From Octopus vulgaris (Eukaryota), in NCBI GenBank assembly GCA_951406725.2, contig OX597827.1, positions 28,706,001 through 28,770,000 on the forward strand: 64,000 nucleotides of DNA. Reading direction: 5' to 3'. Shown in pieces: positions 13,811 through 28,353 of the stretch; position 1 is the first letter of the stretch; each line of letters starts with the position of its first letter. A program made the position numbers and the translations under genes. The notes beneath the pieces were generated by a model that saw nothing but the letters and a program-made list of their open reading frames with translations, had not been told where the DNA came from and ran no database searches.

Positions 13811-14861
13811 TATATACACATATATATATATACAAACATGTATATGTAAATACAGATGTATACATTCACACATATATACATACATAGACACATCCATACA
13901 CACGCACATACACAGATGAATGTGTTTGTGTGTGTACCAATGCTGAAAAATCTTACGAAAGGGGTTCTAAATTAAAGAGAAAAATGGATACACTTTTTCG
14001 CCATGAACGCTCGTAAGAAAAAGCATTTTTTGGCAGGTTTCGTGAGTCGCAAAAGTGCGATACGTTTTACCTGGTATTTTCCCTTTTTCATTCCTTCTTT
14101 CTTTGTTTCTTTCTTTCTTTTTTCTTTCTGTCTTTCTTTCTTTCCTTCCTTCTTTTTTGTATGTTTTATTCTAATTGTATTTTTCCACTGCTCGTAGTTA
14201 GTCCTTTTCTAAACCATCTTCTAGGTCTTTTCTACAAGTGCCAAATGGAAGGTGGAAGATGGAGAAATTGGTAAACGAGATAAAAGGAACTTTCTGTTGT
14301 GTTCTGTTGTGAGAACTAGCAATGTGATACACCTTGGGGGCAAAAAAAGTGAAAAAGAAAAAAAACAAGAAGAATTAAAGAAATTGCTTGGCAAGATAAA
14401 AGCAACGAACACGTGATGATTTGGTGGATCGAAGCAGGGTGAAGACGAGGGGGGGTGATGGTCGGAGGAGGAGGAGGAGGGGGCGAGGAGAGGCGGGGAG
14501 GGGGAGGGGAGGAGATGGAGGAGGTTGAGGAGGAAGCAGAGGAGAAGAAAGAAGAGTGGTTTTTAAGCATAGAAAGATGAGGTAGTTAAGGCTTCTGGAA
14601 GAATCAGATAGGTTGATAGAATGTTTAAGAACGAGAGATCGCAGAAAATGATATGGAAACACAAAACGATTGTTACGTCGAAGTGAATGAAAAAATTCTG
14701 GGGGGAACGGTGGGGGGAAATTATATTTAAAATTAAATTTAAGAAAGAAAGAAAGAAAGAAGGAAACGAGACATACATCATAAAGAATATTCCCCTTCTT
14801 CAGTTGTCTCTGTTTCATCTACTCCGCGTTTCGAAGTTCTGGGGTCGAGTTTTTTCGACTA

Positions 14862-15011
14862 AAAAGGCAAATCAACCCCAAGATTTATTCTTTGTAAGCC
14901 TAGTACTTATGCTATCAGTCGCTTTTGCCGGGGACGTAAATACACCAGCATCGGTTGTCATGCGATGTTGCGGGGATAAACACAGACACACAAACATATA
15001 TACACACACAT

Positions 15012-15076
<65 letters not shown>

Positions 15077-15247
15077 CATATATATACGACGGGCTTCTTT
15101 CAGTTTCTGTCTACCAAATCTACTCTCAAGATTTTGGACTGCCCGAGGCTATAGTAGAAGACACTTGCCCAAGGTGCCACAGTGTGGGACTGAACCCGAA
15201 ACCATGTGGTTCGTAAGCAAGCTACGTACCACACAGCCACTCCTACA
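14862..15247 (-). mobile_element. SINE family 3 with internal (TA)n/(CA)n
   Basis: Minus-strand head GGAGTGGCTGTGTGG...GGTTCAGTCCC, GCACCTTGGGCAAGTGTCTT domain, embedded microsatellite. Confidence 0.85.
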
Positions 15248-15791
15248 CTAATAATATTTTATTTTAAAAATACAATTGGATATTTTTAAACATCGAATGT
15301 CTATGGGGTTCCATCATTAAATAGGAATCAAAAGTGTCGGCGGCCCAAAAATAGTTGAAAATCCCTGGTATAACTGGAAAAACCAGAACGTAGTCCTGGA
15401 GCTTACACAATCAGGGACTTGAGTAGGCTTGGTACTCAACAGGACTGTTGTAAACTAGTTTATATAGGTTAACACATTTTTAGCCTGTCTTCTCTGTGCA
15501 AATGATTCCATGCTGGAGCAGCAATTTTACAAGAAAAGAGAGATGAATGAATTATCGATTTTGCCACAAATTTATATTCACAGACCTACCAACACACTAA
15601 CTCACGCGTCGATAGATAAGAATACATATGTGTATATACATACATGCATATATATGTGTATATATATACATGTATGTATATATATATATATACATACATA
15701 TATAATCATATGAAAATATACTGACATACATATATATATATATACACACACAAATATGTAGATTCATATTTATTTATGCATTGATATAGAC

Positions 15792-15930
<139 letters not shown>

Positions 15931-16570
15931 TATACATATATATACCTGTTTTGCAACGACCTAGATTTTTCCATATTCTTTTAAATTTCTTTTTTAACTT
16001 AAAATTGCTTACGTATTCTTTTTTCTTATATTTATTTAGGATCGATAATATTTAAAATATTAATTCTCCGCAATTATTTGTCAACTGGTAAATTGAAGAG
16101 TACATTTTTTGACAGTAGATATAAATAAAATAGCAATAAATATATGACACTTGGCTATTATTAGTCTTATATCGAATTACCGAATCATTTAAAACCCCCA
16201 TTGTATTGAACACAGAGTTTAAACGAACGGAGCAACATACTCGCTCCGACTAAAATCTGACGTCATTGTGCGTGGTTAATCTCAATGTGATAATGGCCGA
16301 TGTAATTGTTCGTTGGTTTCTGGGTTGAATATTTTATTCAAGTTTTATCGTATAAAGAGCGGTAGAAAATGAATAAAAGAGAGGTACAGAGAGAGTTAAT
16401 ATAAGAGGGGTAGGATAAGGACTCATGCGAGATATGGTTACTTGCGATACTGTCTTTTTAAAAAAATTAATAAAATACATGGTTTAATTTTTTGAAATGA
16501 AATTTTGCAGAAGTAGTTTTCGATGTAGCAGATTGCGATGTTGGTGATAAAAGTTAGAAGAACATTAACA

Positions 16571-16765
16571 TATTCTTTTATTCTTTTACTTGTTTCAGTC
16601 ACTTGATTGCGGCCATGCTGCAGTACCACCTTTTTAGTCGAAAAAATTCGACCCCAGAACTTATTTCTTTGTAAGCCTGGTATTTAGTGTATCGGCCTCT
16701 TTTGTTGAACCGACAAATTACGGGGACGTAAACACACCAACATCGGTTGTCAAGCGATGGTGGTG
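16571..16765 (-). mobile_element. SINE family 3, 3' half
   Basis: TATTCTTTTACTTGTTTCAGTCA..GCGGCCATGCTG tail block. Confidence 0.8.
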
Positions 16766-16769
16766 AGGG

Positions 16770-17105
16770 AACGAATTAGCTTACCCCTTTCTGGTTTTAA
16801 GAAACCTATTTCCTCAAGATTGGTATTTAGGCAATGCGTTACATATCCCAGGACCCCAATAATTACAGGCATAAACCTGAACTTGTAATCTGGATAGAGT
16901 AACTGCAGATTTCTCAATAGTTCAGCATAGGTGTTCTCTTTTTCACTTATCTTCAGCTCTATGTTAATATCCGTTGAGCAGCTAATTTCCACAACTGTGC
17001 ACAGTTTCCCTTTTCTCTCCCAAATCATATCAGGTCTGTTGCGCTTACATTTTATTGAGGTCTTCACTGGGCCATTCCACTAGCATTCCCTTTTATTATG
17101 AATGG
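16770..17105 (-). pseudogene. Restriction-like endonuclease (RLE) domain fragment of an R4/NeSL-group non-LTR retrotransposon
   Basis: ORF 16750-17067: RPD...VVEISC...K..EK..Y...FMPVIIGVLG, the PD-(D/E)xK RLE signature. Confidence 0.75.
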
Positions 17106-17685
17106 CTATGTATGTATGTATGTATGTATGTATGTAGGTATGTATGGATGCATGCATACATGCATGTATGTATATGCATTATATATGTATTTTATGAGTA
17201 TTTATGTCCGTAGGTAGGTCGATATAATGGTATATTTGTATATACATTCTCTAAAACGTGGAATACCAAAACCTATTCAAACTTTTCTACATTTCTGTAG
17301 TTTATATCAGTGTCGATGAAACCAAACCAGTTTTAAGATTCTTGAAGACAATCTACACAATTCGCTTCGCCATTGAATGCTTCGCGCACGTGCATGTGAA
17401 TGCATGTGTGCGCACCTGTACTTGTGCGTGCGTGTATCGATGTATGTTTGTGCGTTCTTCGAATAGTGCTTTTCTTTTTCCTTTTTTTTCTTTTTTAATT
17501 ATCTCTTGGTAATAGCTTTTCCACCTTTATACGTGTTGCTGCCTTAAATCTTCAATATTGGGATACGCCATTTGTTGCGTGACACAAAACATATTTAGGA
17601 AATATAATAAATTAATTAGGATTGCACGTTGCGTGCGTGTCTATATATATATATAGGTGTATGTGTGCGTGTATGTCTTTGTGTG

Positions 17686-17729
<44 letters not shown>

Positions 17730-18014
17730 CATATACACACATGCACGCAGACACACATAACGCGCATGTACTGTGTTTAAAACGGTCACCTGTTATTGAC
17801 AAACTAGTTATCGCTTCTACACCAACTGAACCTACTCTCCACGGAACAATCGAAACCAGGAAGCCGTTGCTTCGTTGCTTAACTGACATGCTAGAAGAAG
17901 CAACCAAGTCTCCCTCATACCACACTACATACTCTTTTGTCAATAAAGCAAATAGAGAACAACACTTTCGATAATTTAATACCGGTTACGATGCCACTTA
18001 ATTTACTGTACACT

Positions 18015-18052
<38 letters not shown>

Positions 18053-18471
18053 CAGTAGCAGTAGTAGTAGTAGTAGTAGTAGTAGTATATGTTATTAGTT
18101 TTGCTGTGGTGGTGGTGGTGATGGTTGCGGTAGTAATAATAGTAGAAGTGGCGGGGGTCACAGCAGCAGTAGTTGTACTACTGCTAGTACTAATGCTGCT
18201 GCTATTACTACTTCTACTACTGCTACTACTACAATAGGGCGGGGAATGTGTGTGTGCGTGGGGAGGAACATTGTTGCAAACCTATTTGAGATATTAATTT
18301 TTAAACTGAGATAATGAGAACTCTTGCAGAAGGTAATAAGAACAAAACAAAACAAAGGGAAAAAACAAGTAACAACATCAATAACAATAAAGAACATCTA
18401 CAAATAACCACAACTACGACAAGAATGAATACACACAGCATAAGTACAAATATATATACTCGCACATATGT

Positions 18472-18512
<41 letters not shown>

Positions 18513-18741
18513 ATAATACATATGTGTATATATATATATATGCATATGTAAATATGCATATCTACATTTACATATATATATATGTGTGTGTGTATGTATG
18601 TATGTATCTATGTATATATAACTGTATGTATGAATGTATGTATGCATGTATGCATATACGCATATATACATATGTTCATGAATATGCGTACATATGTATT
18701 TACGTACACATACATATACATACATACACACACAAACACAT

Positions 18742-18773
<32 letters not shown>

Positions 18774-19349
18774 GTGCATGTATTTACACACATATATATA
18801 TATATATGCATATATGTATATATATATTTTTATAAACACACATACGTATATACACATATACACGTATATAAATAGGTGTGTATATATATATATATATATG
18901 TATACATGTATCCATATTATGTATTTGTGCATAGTGTATAGATATGGAAAGATGGCGACTAAACGGAAGCAGGAAATGAGTGTAGGAAGCTTTGTCGTTG
19001 TTATCAAATGTGTGTTTTACGCGATTCTTAGTTCCTCTGTTACCATTTACTTGGTTCTTTCACATCTAAAGAATGCCAAACCAACATTGTGTTAATAGTA
19101 ATTACAAAACAGAAGTGTAACGTGATTGGAGTTATCTTCTGAAAGACTCGTTCGTTTACAGATACAAACACACAAACACGCATACACACGAAAAGCGTGC
19201 ACACATACCCGTAAACATGAACAAAATGGCGGTGCCCCAGCATGGCCACAGCTCGCGAGTTGAAACTAGATGAAAATGAAAAATGAAATAATACCCGCTC
19301 ACAAGTATGCGTGTGCGTACATATATGCGTTCTTGTCCCATTTTTATTT

Positions 19350-19383
<34 letters not shown>

Positions 19384-19617
19384 CATTTATATATATATAT
19401 AGCGACGTACGTACAATTTGTTCTCTCTCTATATATATATATATGGATAGGTGTGTGTATTCGTATGAATCTCTGTGTATATCTATAAATGTGCACACAC
19501 ACACACTCACACACATACATATATATACATATAATATATTTATATTGTATATGTTTACGTGTGTCCATATGACGTGTGTATGCACACACATTCACACGCA
19601 CACATAAACACACAGAC

Positions 19618-19660
<43 letters not shown>

Positions 19661-19840
19661 ATGTACACACTAAACACATGTGTATGTCTGTAGGTATCCG
19701 AATGTGTGTGTGTGCGTGAATGTAACAAAAGAGAACCAAAGAGAGAGATAGAGAGAGAGGGGGAGGGAGGGAGGGAGAGGGAGAGTGTGAGTGAGTGTGA
19801 GAGACAGAAGGAGACGGAAAGAGAGAGAGGGAGAGTGACG

Positions 19841-19873
<33 letters not shown>

Positions 19874-20185
19874 GATCTGAATTGTAGAAATTAGTCGATG
19901 ACAAAAGTGACGGTTTTCGTGAGCTGCGTTATCGAGCAGAGGGGGAAGGTGGCGGTAGGGACGAGGGATGTCGTTTGGTGGCGATGGCAGTGGCGGTGGT
20001 AGGAAGGAATAGATGACATTGAAGGCGCAAACGAATGCAATAATGAAAGTTCCTTTTTTTCTTTCTTTTTCCTTTGCAGAAGGAGTAGTGTGAGGAAAAG
20101 GGGGAATTTGGGGGTGGGGGAGAATGGAAGCTGATATAGTCACGAATAGGGTTTTCAATATAGAAAATCACATATTCATAACATT

Positions 20186-20218
<33 letters not shown>

Positions 20219-20379
20219 CACAGCAGATGTATGGTAACTAATATCTACATGATACGTAACCGATCGTAACATTCAGAACTACAACTCGTATATTTACATG
20301 CGTAGAGGGGTGGGTGGTATGTGAAATATCCTATACGTACGTATTCACACCTACAAACACAGATACCTAAAATAGACAC

Positions 20380-21312
<933 letters not shown>

Positions 21313-21462
21313 TACATACATACACACATATATGCGTATATTTATATTTATATATGTATACATATATGTGTGTCTGTGTGTTTGAGTGCGCTTGTGTGTT
21401 TGTATCTGTATATGTATGCTTATGTACATATATATGTACATGCTTATGTGTATACATATATG

Positions 21463-21517
<55 letters not shown>

Positions 21518-21521
21518 TATT

Positions 21522-21557
<36 letters not shown>

Positions 21558-22632
21558 GGTGTGTGCCTTTCTGTGTCTTTATGCGCATATATCCTTATAT
21601 ATGCACTTGTGTACAATAGTGCATGTGGTGTGTGTGTTTGCGTGTTTATGTCTGAATAATCAAATCCTCATTCTTACACAAAATAGGTAAATATGTATAC
21701 TCTGCTCAATTTCCAAACCTCTATTTACTTTCAAAGATGCAAACATTTCATTATTTAATAGCAGCAACCTCCACCACAAACCCCACCACCTCCACCACCG
21801 CTCTCCTGTACATATTCCTAAACATTATTCCTAAATTATTTCTCATAGCTAAACATCCTGATAGCAACAAGTCAATAGAAGAGAGGGTCGCTCGTTTTTC
21901 AATAGGTTCGGGATAGACTTTTGTAAAGTCTCTTTTCCTTGCAACCAATACAAACACTCATTGGAAACTAGAACGCTACAATGCAAACACGAAACATGCG
22001 GATTTGGAGAACAGAGCGAATGAAGATAGCGCTGAAGAGGTTATATGGAAAACCTGTCTAGAAGAGAAGGAGAAAGAGCGATAGAGGCCCGGAGGAATGA
22101 AAGAAAACAAGGAAGAAGGAAAAAGGGAGAAAGAGAAGTGATAATTTTGAAGATGAAGGAACGATGCCTAGGATATTCGCAATCAAATAGAAATACTCTC
22201 ACACAACAGAAATATTCATTATTTCATCATGAGGCAAACAACTCAAATTTCTTTCGGGTTTTTGGCATTTTAATAAGTTTCCCCAGCTACTTATTGTTAT
22301 AAAATGGCCGCCATCTGTCTCGTTGACTGTCTTTCCATTTAATTTTCAAGTTCTGATTATACAGAAGTTGACTTACATTCCGAATATAACTGCATTTCAT
22401 CTTAAAATCTCATACCTCCTTCAGAAAACTTGCCCTGCTCTCTTCACTTCTCCCCCCCCCCTCTCTTTCTCGGCAAAATTTCCTCACTTCCGCTTCCGCT
22501 AATGTTTACAGTCTTTCCTATAATTATAAAGTTCTCCCCTACACACATGCACATATGTATTTATGTATATGTATACACACATATATATACAAATGTATAC
22601 ATATATACATATATAGAGATTTAAATATATAT

Positions 22633-22682
<50 letters not shown>

Positions 22683-22860
22683 CTAACTACATTTTCTCTT
22701 CTCTCTTTATCTGCTTGTGTTCATCGACTCCGTTATCGATCAATACTAACCTTCACTGTGCATCACAACAGGTTTCCCTGTCAGCCATAAACAATGATGT
22801 CCAAAAAATGTTTGCTTAGTCACAATTTTTTCTTTGCACATTTGCAAGAATACAAACGTG

Positions 22861-22933
<73 letters not shown>

Positions 22934-23464
22934 GCTAATATACACAGACATGCATTCCTACTTTCAAATACATATACGTACACTTCTAACTATTTATGTA
23001 TCTGTATTCATGTATAAGTATGTGTTTATCTGTGTCTGTTTACCTAGATACGAAGTAAAGAGTAAGAAAGAAAAGCTGATGTGTTTATGATATCATAAAT
23101 ATATTAAAGATGTATAGATATATACTACACACCTTCATACATACACATGCATATATGTTCGCGCGCACGGGTGTATATGTATGTGTATGTTTGTTAAGAC
23201 TTCAATCCAAACTTCGAAACCAGCGCCACGTTCGACTGGTGCTGCCTGATTGCTTAGCAAGTAAACTTGATGTTGAATTTAAACAACCGCACGCCACGTC
23301 AGCAAGTCAGTCAGCCACAACTATGAGGTTTGAACACCATAGTTTTTCACTTAACAATCTCTTCCAAATTGAATAATAAACCATTTTGAGGACCAAAACC
23401 GTTAGCACGCTGGGCAGAATGCTTTGCGGCATTTCGTGCGACATTACATTCTATGTTCGAATTC

Positions 23465-24869
23465 CTCCAAGATCGAAGCACAGCACTGTCCTACCCACTG
23501 TCAACCACTCTGGTGTTACCAGGTCGGTAGTTAACAAGGTGTTGAGTTGTGCAGCTATTCGTGCATGACATTCACCAAATCTTTTGATCCAGTAGCCATG
23601 AACTCCATCTGGTGCCGGGGCATTCCTGTTGCTCATTTTTTAAATTTTTTTGCTGATTTCCTTCACTCCCTAACTGAAATGACTAGTTCTGCCTGTTTTG
23701 GACAGACTACTTTTTGTTTCAGTTCTTGCAACCATTCAGCATCCTTCTTGTGCTCCTTGTCTTTGGTATCAACTTTTCATCTGTACACCCTCCATTTATT
23801 TCTTTATAGAATCTTTTCTAATCTACACTGAATAACGTTTTCTGATGGTATCCCTTCATTCTTTGGTCTATCTTACCTTTTTTGCTTTCTTTACAACGAG
23901 GCGCTGTTTTTTCAGTTCCTTCCTTACTACTTTCAGGCCCTTTCTTTCAAAATCATACGTCCTGTCCAGTGCCCTGTATTTTTGTTAGCTTTTAAACCCC
24001 ACTTCTCCTTTCGGTCTAACACAGAAATGTCGTTCAAGAGCATATCTAACCCGCCTGTATTCTTCTTTTCTCCCATGGATCTTTTCTTTTGTCACTCCCA
24101 TTATATATCTTTTTCTTGACATCAACACCCATATTTTCTGCTACGACAATACTTGCTGCCTTGATCAAACTGTTTGTTTCTGTGATGTTTTTTGTTCTGA
24201 TGTATTTCAGAATCTCATTCCCATGTTTCGTGTCTTGGTTCAATTCCACTGATCAACCTTTTTAAGGTTGCAAATAATGTCACTATCATTCTCCTGTAGC
24301 CTTGCCTTTATTCTGTCGTAGATTGCCTTTTGTTCATCTGACATATCACCATTAGTTTTAGTGTCTTCTTCCAAACTATTTATATGCCTCTCATCGAGCA
24401 AGATAATACTGTTCCTTTTCTGTGGTTTATTAGAAATCTCACCTCTGTATTTTGCACTGAGATTACTTTTATCAGTAAGGACTGTATTTTCATCTTTTCC
24501 TCTGTTGCTGTTTTCCAATACCCGTCTTTTGAAGGCTTCGAGCTCTACTTCTGTGAACCAACGACTTTTTTCTTATTGCTCTAGCTTGATCACATAATCT
24601 CTGTTCCGTGAGTTGAAACAAGCCTCTTTCTCTCCATTGACCATTCATACGTTGTCGGTATCCCCTAATATGTACATTACTTTCGTCTACGTGATTGCTC
24701 AGATAGTAATACTCCATAACCACAACATTGACTTGTTTGTTCCATCTACGCCGTGTGTGCTCGTCCATTGCTGGATGACAGTAGGCAGCAGTTGGGCCAG
24801 TATCTCTGAGCCTGCCGGGTGCAACACTGTCACCATCAAGGACTTCAGTTTCATTACTACCGTGGTTCA

Positions 24870-24870
<1 letters not shown>
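23465..24870 (-). pseudogene. R4/Dong-like non-LTR retrotransposon, 5' half (N-terminus to start of RT), frameshifted
   Basis: RRRW..VVMEYYY...GYRQRM..W.ER...TEQRLCDQARAI; ITETNSLIKAASIVV; APAPDGVHGYWIKRF...PEWLTVGRTVL. Confidence 0.8.
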
Positions 24871-24909
<39 letters not shown>

Positions 24910-24940
24910 TTCTATATTTAAGAGATGAGGAATTATGTAC

Positions 24941-25174
24941 ATTATTTATATTTGAGGATATTTGTCCTCATCTTTTCTGTTGTTAACACTTCACCGAGTC
25001 CTGCAATTCACATCAGTTCACGCGGATAGCCGCGCTCTTCATCGACGGGGGATCACGCAGATCATCCGTCGATGAAGAGCGCGGCTATCCCCCTGAACTG
25101 ATGCAAATTGCAGGACTCAGGGAAGTGTTAACAACAGACAAGATGAGGACAAATATCCGTAAAATATAAATAAT
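24941..25174. repeat. Long inverted repeat (about 108-bp arms, 17-nt loop)
   Basis: 24941-25048 is the near reverse complement of 25066-25174; inner GGATAGCCGCGCTCTTCATCGACGG pairs perfectly. Confidence 0.9.
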
Positions 25175-25254
25175 ATAAATGTAAATAATGATAATTATTG
25201 TTGTTGTAGTTGTAGTTGTTGTTGTTGTTGTTGTGGTTGTGGTTGTAGTTGTTA

Positions 25255-25435
25255 AGGCAGGTAGAATGCTTCATACCATTTTGTCTCTCATAACGTTCTG
25301 AATTAAAAAATCCGCCAAGGTCAACTCTGCTAGTAATCTTTTTTCGGGGTCGATAATATAAGTACCAGTTAAGCATTGGGGTCCAATTTCCCCCTATCGA
25401 GATATTTCTGCACTTGTGCAGAAATTTTAAACCGG
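25255..25435 (+). mobile_element. SINE family 2, diverged
   Basis: ACGTTCTGAATT..CCGCCAAGGTCAAC..TTTCGGGGTCGATAATATAAGTACCAG. Confidence 0.7.
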
Positions 25436-25436
25436 G

Positions 25437-26700
25437 ATTATTATTTTGCTAGTAGATGCTAATTTAGTTAGCAGGTATTTTATCTTCAGACTTAGGGACA
25501 AGTTTCCTCAAAATATCAAGAATTTTTCTTCGGATTCTTGCAGAATTTAGAATGGTACAATTCTGCATGTCGACAATGCGAGTTACTGTTCCAATCTGCT
25601 TCAGTCTTTGAGGCAGCATTTCGGGTGTTGTGCTAAGCGGACCAATTACTGCAGGAATAATCGTTGCCTTGTTCTTCCATAGTCTCCTCAGGTCTCTGGT
25701 TACATCCTCCTATTTCTCAGTTATTTTTCATTTTCTTTGGTATGAATTCCGGCATCATAGGGAATTGCAAATCTATTATGTTACACTGTTTTTTTTTCTT
25801 TTTGTCCTCTCTGATCATATCCGGTTTTCTTACTATCAACTACACGGTCAGTCTTTATAGGAAAACGCACAAGATGTTGTACTTATCATTTTCTTTCACT
25901 GCCTCTCTTTTCTATTATTTTGAAGCCCACACACTCGGCTAACATCCCAATACACTCTTTTGCTTATACAGTCATGCTTACGTTTACACTCCTTTTGTGC
26001 TAGTATACTGCACTCGCTCAAAATGTGGCGGATACTTTCGTTTCATTTCCTGAAGATGCTACATCTGTTGCCTGACTGGGTCTTTACTGTATAAAGTTTG
26101 TTCTAAGTTTTGTTCCTGAGCGGCTATAATTAGCGTTTTGGTCTCTCACCTCAGGTTCCCATCCGTCAGCCAGCAGTCCTTCACTTCTGTTATTCTTGAT
26201 TTGTTGCATGAATTGGTCATTTAGTCCCTTCTCTTCCCATCTGTTTGCGTTGTTGTTCTTTCTTTACCCCTTCAATTCTTTTACTGTGTCGGTCACTTTT
26301 GGGTATCTTTGGCTACCGATGGCATTATTTCTTTACTCTGCGCAAAATTATTTTCCACGTCCAAAATCGCACAACTAATCGATTCATCTGCATTTAGTAA
26401 TACTCTACCACCTTCATTTCTTCGTATGCAGAGTCGGTTGATATTATTATTTTTAGGATGGAGTACATTATACGTCGTGAGTAGCTTTCTAGTTCTTCTG
26501 TCCAAGTTCTGGAGTTCGACTTTTGTCGATTTCAGAAAGGGATCAGAGTATCTCAATACGGGCATAGCCCAAGTTTTTGTGGCTTTAATGATGTTCCCGT
26601 CATTTAATTTTATTTCGAGCACCTTCCTTATTCTCCTTTTGTACTCTTTATTGACTTTCTCTCTCATTTCTCCTTCCATTATCCTATTGTCGTGTGGCTT
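25437..26700 (-). pseudogene. R4/Dong-like retrotransposon, 3' half (RT thumb, degenerate zinc knuckle, RLE, tail)
   Basis: EYKRRIRKVL..KLN.GN.IKA..TWAMPVLRYS...LDRRTRKLLT....HPK...RL...R.EGGR; downstream RKPD and IIPAVIGPL remnants; ends in AATAATAAT. Confidence 0.8.
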
Positions 26701-27216
26701 CCTCTCAGCAGCGATTTAATGATGTCTTATGATAAATTGATGTCATCTGAGTTTACCTTCCGGCCTCTCTACTATTATCATTAATACGCAATTAGAATAG
26801 CGCGATATAGAATAAAGCACAAAATGACTTTCTTTATTGAACTGAACGGCGTTTCAAGGTTGTGTCCCTTTTCGTAATGTTCGAAATAGGATGAGAATGT
26901 TGAGAGGTGAAAAATACACAGAAATGCTGAAATTTAAAACTGCAAGTGGATGACCCTGCATCCCAACTTATGCCAAAAACATATCCAAGTTTCGCTTGTT
27001 TGTCACTGGTTAAAACAAGGAAAAAAAACAAGAAAAATAAAAGAAAAATGGGAAGAGAACTCTTACTCAAAAAGTTTTATATAAATCTAATGGAATTCTC
27101 CAGTCATTTTGTTCATAACTCTACTCAAGAATGAGTTTATATAAAAAATATATATTAATATTACGATGTATTTGCATTGCAAGTGACCTGATCTGAGATC
27201 GTGTACTGGAACGAAA

Positions 27217-27465
27217 ACAATTGCAGCGTGGAAGGTTATAAGCCATTTAAAAACCCACAAAAACCGTTAGATTCACTTTAAAATTTATATTTAATTTGCC
27301 AAAATATTTTCGTCGCTTTCAGATCGCACGAAATTTTGTCAGTGAACAGGTCGCGGTCTCAAAGCGACGAAAATATTTTGGCAAATTAAATTTAAATTCT
27401 GAAGGGAATCTAACGGTTTTGTGTGTTTTTAAATGGCTTATAAACACCTTCAACGCTGCAATTGT
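27217..27465. repeat. Fold-back element (about 103-bp arms), Penelope-type inverted terminal repeat
   Basis: 27217-27319 is the near reverse complement of 27361-27465; a homologous single arm lies at 39328-39420. Confidence 0.85.
27335..27385 (+). ncRNA. Minimal type-I hammerhead ribozyme candidate, G3-C8 variant
   Basis: UUUGUCA-GUGAACA-G-GUCGC(9 nt)GCGAC-GAAA-AUAU-UU-UGGCAAA. Confidence 0.6.
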
Positions 27466-27536
27466 CTTGTATATTAATATATAAGAGGCTAATATATTAG
27501 CGCTAAGCAGTGACAAGTATAAAGGTAATATTATTA

Positions 27537-28045
27537 CCAGTCCAAATATGCTTGAGACACGTTCGAGCTGGGGAACAAGTAATTCACTGTGTTTTGTCAT
27601 AGAGAAAATCTCTCGCTGTTGACAAATGGTGTGGATATACCTTGATCATTTCGCAGCGCCACCTACCTAGACTGTGAGCTGCTGGCATCGAACGTACCTC
27701 AAGCATATTTGGACTGGTAATAACATTGCATTTACACCTATCGCTGCTTAGTGCTTCTCCTCCGTAATTTGCTTACGGTCAGCCGCCGCATTGCGCTATC
27801 ACCAGGAAAAGCACAAGGGAGACAATCTCTTTGATCAGTATGGAGGATCACTTGCCTGGTGTCTGTGGCCGAAGAGGATACAACTGCACAGAAATGCTGG
27901 CATCTCACAGTCAAGTTAGTTGGCGCTGTGAACTGACCTAGATGTATCCACGCCATTTGTCAACAGCGAGAAATTTTCTCCATGATAAAATACAGCGAAG
28001 GCCTTGTTCCCCAGTTCGAGCGTGCCTCAAGCAAATTTGAACTGG
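27537..28045. mobile_element. MITE with about 100-bp TIRs and TA flanks (Tc1/mariner-like)
   Basis: TA|CCAGTCCAAATATGCTTGAG...CTCAAGCAAATTTGAACTGG|TA; extra right-end copies end at 27717 and 28761. Confidence 0.7.
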
Positions 28046-28059
28046 TAATAATTATTTCA

Positions 28060-28255
28060 AATTTTTGTCACTAGGGCAGCTTGGAGGAGATGAAAATTAC
28101 ACCCACCCGCCCCAGTCTTCAGCTGATACTTATTATCATGACCACGAAAGGATGAAAGGCAAAGTAGGCCTTTGTGGAATTTGAACTCAGAACGTAGAGA
28201 CTGGCGAAAAACTGCTAAGCATTTCGTCCAGCTTGCTAACGATTCCGCCAGCTCA
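28060..28255 (-). mobile_element. SINE family 2
   Basis: Minus strand GGTGAGCTGGCGGAATCGTTAGC...GAGTTCAAATTCC...GCCTTTCATCCTTTCG. Confidence 0.8.
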
Positions 28256-28305
28256 CCGATTGTATCATTATCATTATCATTATTATAATAATAATAATAA
28301 TAATA

Positions 28306-28334
<29 letters not shown>

Positions 28335-28353
<19 letters not shown>

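Noticed and set aside
18945-18990. AAGATGGCG plus CGGAAG (YY1/ETS-like or start-codon context, MATKRKQEM)
   Set aside because: Short motifs expected by chance; no supporting exon structure.
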